From contig JALAGF010001898.1 in the NCBI GenBank assembly GCA_030167865.1, positions 1 to 37,553 of the forward strand: a stretch of DNA of 37,553 nucleotides, given 5' to 3'. The stretch comes from Craspedostauros australis (taxonomy: Eukaryota). Shown here piece by piece: positions 30,853 to 37,553 of the stretch (positions are counted from its first letter, which is position 1; each line of letters starts with the position of its first letter). The position numbers and the translations under genes were made by a program. The notes beneath the pieces were generated by a model. That model searched no databases. It was not told the origin of the DNA and worked only from the letters and a program-made list of their open reading frames with translations.

Positions 30853-32014
30853 CTTTGTTTCCTTCCTTCCTTCCTTCCTTGTCTATTGTCCTGTCTTCTC
30901 ACTTTGCTCTGATGGGAGATGGGACCACAGGATGCCAAAGCCGGCGGTTGCTCAAAGACGGTTGGAACGATTGATTTGATCGATGCGATGGTTGCCTCAG
31001 TCGCTCCTCAGGTGCTTCTGGTTCGGTTTGCTTGCTTCTTTGCTTGCTTCTTTGCTTGTGGAGCAGGACAACAGCCAAGGGATGGACTCCACAGGACTTC
31101 GCTGAATCTCCTTGTCTTCGGAAGTTGGAGTATCACTGTCCTCTTCCCTCACTATTGTCTCACTGTATAGTCGTATAGCAGTATAGTATATTGTCTCACT
31201 GAATCTCGATCCCAATGTTCTTCTTTTCTGCAGATTCTGTGATGGCTCTGGATGGTGGCTGCGTGGTTGGATGAGCGGTCGATCGATTCTCCAACACCAA
31301 CGGCATCCACTTGGCTCCTTCTCTTGATGCCTTTGATGGTGTCTCCTCCCACTTCTTCACTCTCTGCTCCAGTTCCTGTTCCTGTTCCTCTATCGGTGCT
31401 CTATCAGTGCTCTATCAGTGCTTCGCTCTGCTCAACTCCACCAACATTCCACCACATTCAAACGAAATGCAACAGTAACGCTAGCACAAACAACACCACC
31501 GACCCAATTCCACCACCACGCACAAACACAAAACACGCTCACAAAAGGCGTACTCGCGACAGAACATGCACGCCGTGCCTCCAATCTCACGCACGAACAA
31601 ACGTGGACGTTCCAAGTATGACCGTTACCTCGTTAAGTAGGATTGGCTTTTCCGACATGATCGAATGCGTTGAGTTGGAATCTCTATTATGCCTTCTCCC
31701 TTTAAACATTATTAATGTCTGAATATCATACAATTCGCCAACGTCACAAGGCGACTTTCCTCACCCATACACAAACGTTGAAACCGCGATTCTAGCGTTG
31801 TCGTCATCGGTTTGGGGCGTTAAAAAATGGTTTCCTTCCTTCCAATCCAAAACTTTTCCATTTCGTCCGTCATCTCATCGTCACCTGTCCAAATTTACGC
31901 GGACTAGAGTGATAGCCAACAGAGTAGGAGAGCAGAGTAGAGCAGGAGGGCGATAGTAGAATGAATGATCTCCACTTTATATTATTCTATTAAGCAGTAT
32001 TAGCACATCCCGCA

Positions 32015-32034
32015 AGAGAGAGAGAGAGAGAGAG
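32015..32034. repeat. (AG)n microsatellite
   Basis: About ten AG units, read directly. Confidence 0.9.
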
Positions 32035-32414
32035 TAGTCGCATTTGTAACAAATAGTCTCATTCTTAATAATCTAGTTACTGTACGAGATGTTAGGATGT
32101 GAGTGCACAGATCATCGGGTGTGTGGCAGAGGTGAGTGAGATGCCGTGTTCAAAGGTGGCCATCTCTCTCTCAATGTCTCTCCGTGGCTATGCACCATGC
32201 ATTCTTCTTGCTGCTCCATGCATCTCTACGAATATGTTGGCGTGCTGTAATCAAAGCTGCTGGACTCGTTGAAGTCAAGCGCAGCCTCGAGATCTGCTCC
32301 AGCAGTCACACATCCAGATCGGATCTCTCCGATACCGAAATGTGTGGAAGAACCTTCGTGCAGAACCATGCATACCACACAGTATCATGCCAAACCATCT
32401 ATCCACGCAAAATG

Positions 32415-33380
32415 CTACGCCTGAGCAGTCTCGGGGACCTTCTTCTTTTTCTTCTTGACTTTCTTCTTCGGCGTTGCGCTGCCGCCTTGATTGCTGTCGT
32501 CGTTGCCATCATCGCTGTCTTCGTCACCGCTGGCATCCTTCTTGACGATCTTCTTTTTCTTCTTCTTGGTCGGCGTCGTGCCGCCGTCATTCGAGATGGA
32601 GATCTGCGGCGGAACGCCCTTGCCACCACCGCGTTGCGGCTGCTGCTGCGTGTTCGGCTGTGCTTGCGATCCCGGTTGCTGCTGCTGCTGCTGCATGCGC
32701 TTGTTCTGATCCACGGCATTGGTGAACTGCTTCTCTGCCCAGCTCTCCTCCTCCTGCTTCTTGAGGTACTTCTGCCGCTGCTGCTCGTCGTGCTTCTGCC
32801 GCTCCGCCTCCGGCATGGAATCGCGGATCTTCTGGTTGACGTGCTCCTCACGCTCGGCGACGTTGTCCTCGTGCTTCTGGATCTTGGCCTGCAGCACGGC
32901 GATGTCGCTGAGGGCCTCGTGCAGGCAGTTCTTGAGCGCCTGCTGGCTCGCCTTGCGGTCGATCATGTTGAGGTAGTCCACGCCGAACTTCTTCTGCCGG
33001 TTCGTGATCTGAATCTCGTGGCGCTGCACGTGCGAGCGTTCCGTGAATTTGTAGAATCCCAGCCCTGCGGTCTTGAGGCCGTTCTTCGTCTTGCGCTTCG
33101 TCTTGTCGGTCACGCTCTCTTCGTTGCCGTCCTTGGCCTTGCTGTCCTTGCTGTCGTTCGAGCTGCCCTTGTCGTTGCCCTCGCTGTTCTCGGCCGCCTT
33201 GGCATCGGCCACCTCCTTCTTCTTCTTCTTGCCCCACGAGAAGGAACCGCGTCGCTTCGGCTTCTCCTTCTTCTCTCCATCATCGCCATCCTCCTTCTTC
33301 TTCGAATCATTCAGAGCTTCCCCAAACGCCTCTCCATCGTCGCTGCTCTCGTCATCTTTCTGCTTCTTGCCGAACTTCAT
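32415..33380 (-). CDS. Lys/Asp/Gln-rich protein with a central coiled-coil (321 aa), hypothetical
   Basis: ATG at 33380 follows a CAA/CAG leader; strong GC3 bias. Ordered core HEIQITNRQKKFGVDYLNMID...CLHEALSDIAVLQAKIQKHED; poly-K and poly-Q flanks. Confidence 0.85.
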   Translation of the reverse strand: MKFGKKQKDDESSDDGEAFGEALNDSKKKEDGDDGEKKEKPKRRGSFSWGKKKKKEVADAKAAENSEGNDKGSSNDSKDSKAKDGNEESVTDKTKRKTKNGLKTAGLGFYKFTERSHVQRHEIQITNRQKKFGVDYLNMIDRKASQQALKNCLHEALSDIAVLQAKIQKHEDNVAEREEHVNQKIRDSMPEAERQKHDEQQRQKYLKKQEEESWAEKQFTNAVDQNKRMQQQQQQPGSQAQPNTQQQPQRGGGKGVPPQISISNDGGTTPTKKKKKKIVKKDASGDEDSDDGNDDSNQGGSATPKKKVKKKKKKVPETAQA

Positions 33381-33392
33381 CTTTCCTTTCTT

Positions 33393-33531
33393 CTGTTGTT
33401 GTTGTTATTATTATTGCTGTTGTTGTTGTTGCTGCTGCTGCTGTTGCTGCTGTTGTTGATACAACCCGATGTAATACAATTCAATGTAATACAATCCAAT
33501 GTAATGCAATTCAATGTAATGCAATGCAATG
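33393..33531. repeat. Compound repeat: (CAA/CAG/TAA)n tract plus 4x 15-bp ATGTAATRCAATBCA minisatellite
   Basis: Trinucleotide tract ~33393-33459; 15-mers at 33469, 33484, 33499 and 33514. Confidence 0.9.
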
Positions 33532-33964
33532 CGATCAAATGAGTTGAAACGGAAGCGAGAGTGGGAATGATTGTGTTCCGGAACACCCAGACAATCACGA
33601 TCACAATCGCACAAGAGGAACCGCGTTTGCGTGGTTGCTGTTGGATCCGAAATGACCCCAATCCATCAACAACCAGCAAAAAATGGTATCCTTCTGTTTC
33701 CACAAAGGTGCGCGTTGATTGTCAGATACTATGTATGCAGTACCTTGATTGAGATATGGCGCATAGAATGAAAGTCAAGAGTAGTGTATTCCACATCGTT
33801 CCTTTCTATTCTTTTCTGGTGGGTTGCCAACAATGCAGCTCTCCAACACTCTCCTCTATTCTACTTTCAATCTGATGATGCGCTTCTTCAATTGCCAGAT
33901 ACTAATATATGTAGTATAATATTTGGAATGGGCATAGTATGCATACTATCCTACCATGGTTACT

Positions 33965-35086
33965 CTACAAATGAAAGCGCCTCCTCGTCGTGTCCATCTC
34001 CTTGCGCTTGTGGACCCATTCGTACTCGCCGAACTGCGTGTCGAACGTTCCCTCCTGCATCCACCGTAGCTTCAGCGTGAACCGGGGTCCCAGCTCCTGC
34101 AACCTGGCCTTGACGCGGTCCTTGACGGTGGGTGGGGGAGGTTGTTCCTCTTCGCTGCTGTCGTCGTCGTCGCTGTCATCATCGTTGTTTCTACGTCTCT
34201 GCCGCTGCTGCTGTTGTTGTTGCTGCTGAAGCTTCTGTTGTTGCTGTTGCTTCGTCTGCTTCTTCTCCTCAAAGATGTACCGATGATGTCGCACGAAGAT
34301 GTAATCGCGCTGGTTGTGAAAGGTCGCCACCTGCCGCCCTTCGAGCTGGGCGTCGTGCGGGAAGAGGCTGCCCAGGAACCGTCCCACCCGGTGTCCCAAA
34401 CGCGTGCCGAAGCCGTGAAGATTGAGCTCGGGCACGTGCCGCGTCGAGGCGCCATGATCGGGAATGTTCTGCGACGTCACGACATTGGAGACCTTGAAGA
34501 ATGCCGTGGGACCGCCGTCCTTGGACAGATGCGAGACGGTCATGCCGTTGCAGTGCTTCGCGTTCTCGCCCAGCACGATGAGGTGCGTGAAGTCGCGGTT
34601 GGTGGCAAAGGCGCAGATCTCCTTGACGGAGAACGATTTGCGAGGGTAGAAGTGGAGGCCGGGAATGAGGCGCTGCAGGTCGGCGATGAAGTAGAAAAGC
34701 CTCTGCGAGGGCCTTGGACGCGTGGTGACGAGCACCTTGGGCTGCCGGTCGCAATTGAAGTACTGAGCGAACTCATCCTCCATCTCATCGGCGGCGACCT
34801 CCGGATCGCGCAGCACCAGCGTGGGATCGATCTCGCGCGTGTTGTCCAGGGTCTTCATGACCTTCTTCGGCATGGCCTCATCGCCCAGCGCCTCCGCCTG
34901 CCGGTCACGCTGCAATCGCTCCTGGGCCTTGCGCTTGCGCTTGTCCTGCAGATACTTGCCGTACATCTCGCTGCGCTTGAGCTTGTTGGCGATGTGGCCC
35001 GGATTGCGGGTGTACGGCTTGGCCTGCTTGGCCGTGTTCACCGGCTTCTTCCCCTTCAACGAGGCATGCGGCTGGTTCTTCCCCAT
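33965..35086 (-). CDS. RPF1: Ribosome production factor 1 (Brix domain, 60S biogenesis)
   Basis: HIANKLKRSE; KTLDNTRE; DEFAQYF; PKVLVTT; NRDFTHLIV; GPTAFFKVSN; HVPELNLHGFGTRLGHRVGRFLGSLFP; GRQVATFHNQRDYIFVRHHRYIF; RLQELGPRFTLKLRWMQEGTFDTQFGEYEW; MDTTRRRFHL. First ATG at 35086. Confidence 0.96.
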   Translation of the reverse strand: MGKNQPHASLKGKKPVNTAKQAKPYTRNPGHIANKLKRSEMYGKYLQDKRKRKAQERLQRDRQAEALGDEAMPKKVMKTLDNTREIDPTLVLRDPEVAADEMEDEFAQYFNCDRQPKVLVTTRPRPSQRLFYFIADLQRLIPGLHFYPRKSFSVKEICAFATNRDFTHLIVLGENAKHCNGMTVSHLSKDGGPTAFFKVSNVVTSQNIPDHGASTRHVPELNLHGFGTRLGHRVGRFLGSLFPHDAQLEGRQVATFHNQRDYIFVRHHRYIFEEKKQTKQQQQQKLQQQQQQQQRQRRRNNDDDSDDDDSSEEEQPPPPTVKDRVKARLQELGPRFTLKLRWMQEGTFDTQFGEYEWVHKRKEMDTTRRRFHL

Positions 35087-35774
35087 CTTGACGTCTATAA
35101 TCCCAAGCACGTGTGCTGCTGCTTATCTATATGAATATATATATTTATTTATCTCAAGAGATGGATGCCTCTCAAGTGTTGGCTATCCTGCTTGTGCTCT
35201 GCACTGATGAAAGTGCTTCTACCTATTGTGATGAATGATGTCTTCCGACTGCTCTTGATGTACTCGATTCGTTCTGATTTTGTGCACGGATGTGTGGAGA
35301 ACGTGAATCGTCCACGTTTTCTGTTTGTGGGTGTTGACGGCGTTGTGTTGGTCGATTGTGTGTTGTTTTCGTTGTCATTACTTTTTGGCTGGTTTCAGTG
35401 AGCATCACACGTACATCCAACAGACTTAATAAATGTCTATTTGAATGGTTCAATGAGAGTTACGGCAATTTAACATTAAGCACTTCATTGCAAGGCGCAA
35501 GAAGAATACACAGAAGGACATGCTAATATTCATTCAAATCGCGGTATGAACACCCCACTCGTATCCTCATTCCAACCATCGCTTTAGAATCACGCAATGC
35601 CAAGAGTAGCAGCTTTACCAATGACTATTATATCTATTAGTAGGTTTAATATCGTTATAAACGTACTATATTGTGCTGTGTTGCGTCGCGCTGTATTGCA
35701 CAGTGCAGATTCTGAGAACACAACTCTATCTCATCAAATTCTCATCAAATTCTCACCAAAGTCCATCACACCGA

Positions 35775-37049
35775 TCACGCCATCATCCAGACGAGGCCAA
35801 CCACAAGGACATGGACCAGCGTGGTGAGGAAGGAGGCATGCGGCATGCCAACCCCCGAACACAGCAAGGGCGTTTGCAGATCGGGACACACCTTGCCATC
35901 GCCCGCCACGATCTTGCTGTACACGTCGTTGAACTCCCGCATGACGATGCGCACGGAGACCATGGTCCTGCCCTGGTCCTTGGCGTAGGTGGATCCCCAG
36001 ATGGCGGCGCACTCGCGCTGTCCCGGCGTGCCGTGATCGCCTTCGCTGGCGATGATGAAATCTCCCAAATTGGCAGCACGCTGCGAGAGCTGATCGACCT
36101 CCTCGACGGAGACAGCGCCGCCCCGCGCATGCGCCATGTAATAGGCGCTGATGGCGTCGGCCATGAGCTCCATGCGCATGCGGGTTGCAGGATCGATCTG
36201 TCCGAAGGCGTTGAAGTTGAACATGCCGAACTCCATCTGGAAGGCGTGGGCGTACTCGTGGGCCAGGAGGAAGCCGATGTCGTGCTGCGATTGCGCGGAT
36301 GACGTTTCCATGTACTGCAGGATGCCATCCCCGACGAGGATGGTGGGTTTCGGTGGTTGCGTGGTCGGTTTGAGTCTGGGAAATGTGTAGCTGTTGACGA
36401 AGTTGGCGTTGAAGGTGAGGAGGGGATTGCTGTAGGCGTCGGGCATGCGTCGGATGTAGACATCGACGTCGTCGGCGTAGACGGAGCAGTCGAAGGTGGG
36501 ATCCGACTTGATGTACTCGCACACCTGGAAGCGGGTATTCCTGTCGTCAAGGTCCGCACCATGCATGGCCATGAGCGTGACGGGCTGCCGCGTCGCCAGT
36601 TCGGTGTCTGGATCGGAGGCATTGAAGAAGCGCTCCAGCTTGTCCATCTGGGTGAGGACCTTCGTGGTCTGATGTCCATCGGCGCCGAAGTACTCATCCT
36701 TCTCGCTGCGATCGATCAAGGACTTGTAGACGAGGGCGAGGATGTCGGCGTTGTACGTGTCGAAGAGCGCCCGGAGGGTGGCGACGCTGAGCTGATCCAA
36801 GAGTTCGCCACGGTACGCAGTGATCTCCGCCGTGCACATGCCATCTCCAGCATCCCACAATGACCGTCTCTGCCGTCTCGCTCTGTGTCGGACGTGGGTC
36901 ACTTCGGATGATGCTGATGCTGATGCTGATATGGGCGCAGATGGAGAGGCATCACGACTCATGAGGAGGTCGTGTGCCTGTTGCTGCAGCGCCGTCTTGT
37001 GACATGGCTGACCTTGGCTAGTGCATCGCAGTAACTGAATAGAGTCCAT
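35775..37049 (-). CDS. Zinc metallopeptidase (HExxH, neutral-zinc-metallopeptidase/YpfJ-like) with hydrophobic C-terminal tail
   Basis: LAHEYAHAFQ (HEYAH at 36260-36246), third ligand in RMELMADAISAYY, and a GD...DHGTPGQR motif. C-terminal FLTTLVHVLVVGLVWMMA. The 5' end is uncertain; no signal peptide is visible. Confidence 0.85.
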   Translation of the reverse strand: MDSIQLLRCTSQGQPCHKTALQQQAHDLLMSRDASPSAPISASASASSEVTHVRHRARRQRRSLWDAGDGMCTAEITAYRGELLDQLSVATLRALFDTYNADILALVYKSLIDRSEKDEYFGADGHQTTKVLTQMDKLERFFNASDPDTELATRQPVTLMAMHGADLDDRNTRFQVCEYIKSDPTFDCSVYADDVDVYIRRMPDAYSNPLLTFNANFVNSYTFPRLKPTTQPPKPTILVGDGILQYMETSSAQSQHDIGFLLAHEYAHAFQMEFGMFNFNAFGQIDPATRMRMELMADAISAYYMAHARGGAVSVEEVDQLSQRAANLGDFIIASEGDHGTPGQRECAAIWGSTYAKDQGRTMVSVRIVMREFNDVYSKIVAGDGKVCPDLQTPLLCSGVGMPHASFLTTLVHVLVVGLVWMMA

Positions 37050-37441
37050 GATATTATAGATGATTGTAATGTTGCATGTACTCAAGCAGTATAATACAAT
37101 ATATATTACACTAATGGAACAGTGCTGGTGATCTTATTTGGTCTCTTCTGTTGAGAGGTTGTGAAAGTGTTCACTCTGCCATACTCGCAGGGAGCAGGGG
37201 AAATAGTGGAAGCATTGACCGATGCTGGGAAAATTCACTCATTTACCGCAATTTTATGCCGCACATTTCCCAGGACTAAAAACGAGTCCCATTGCATTTG
37301 TCAGGTATGATGCGTAGCGCTTTGTAAGAACTTCACATGTACTCTGTTGACTACTCCATGTATTGTACAATGATACCATCAGCTTTGTGTATCGCTATTT
37401 CCGAGACACGTCCAAGTCGTGTTGTCTTCGTTGTTCCAACA

Positions 37442-37553
37442 ATGACGTCGACAACCAACTTGTCCGAGCAGCCGCCGGTCGAGGCGCTTGCGTTTCATGC
37501 GCGTGTGCTGCCATTCTCCTCGTATTTGCGAAGAGCGTTTTTGGATTGTTCTC
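37442..37553 (+). CDS. Possible start of a gene running off the window (MTSTTNLSEQPPVEALAF...)
   Basis: ATG in a CAACA-ATG context; frame stays open to the window end. Too short to verify. Confidence 0.3.
   Translation, partial: MTSTTNLSEQPPVEALAFHARVLPFSSYLRRAFLDCS

Noticed and set aside
23622..30979. Many long plus-strand ORFs opposite the TPR gene (e.g. 23728-24951, 407 aa)
   Set aside because: Antisense shadows caused by the GC3-rich codon usage of the real gene; no recognisable motifs.
32136..33542. 468-aa Leu-rich ORF that looks like a membrane protein
   Set aside because: It is the reverse complement of AAG/CAG/GAG-rich codons and of the CAA/CAG repeat; poly-Leu is an artefact.
34142..35134. 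330-aa plus-strand ORF
   Set aside because: Antisense to the clearly conserved RPF1.

Overview
Eukaryotic nuclear DNA, very probably from a diatom or another ochrophyte with a secondary red plastid. The evidence is an FCP/LHC gene with a bipartite 'AAAFAP' presequence and a GT-AG intron, GC3-rich and mostly intronless genes, and CAA-rich leaders. About 12 genes are supported: a multipass membrane protein with EGF-like modules, two divergent small disordered proteins, an (OB-like)-TPR-SET protein, a Lys-rich protein, an LHC/FCP, a small beta-domain protein, a GT47/exostosin-like glycosyltransferase, a 2396-aa TPR scaffold, a charged low-complexity protein, RPF1, and a bacterial-type HExxH zinc peptidase. 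Reading across frames shows two things the ORF track hides. One is a tandem, multiply frameshifted pseudogene copy of the TPR-SET gene (~8.1-10.0 kb) missing the catalytic SET C-terminal half. The other is a frameshifted relic (~14.08-14.34 kb) of a prokaryote/phage-style CPxG..GG..GW..AYAIC domain. A cluster of TGACGT (bZIP/aureochrome-type) sites lies in the shared promoter of the two small proteins. No tRNA, rRNA, CRISPR array or intact transposon was recognised. I see no clear multi-gene novel system; the findings are individual leads, and family calls come from motif recognition, not database searches.
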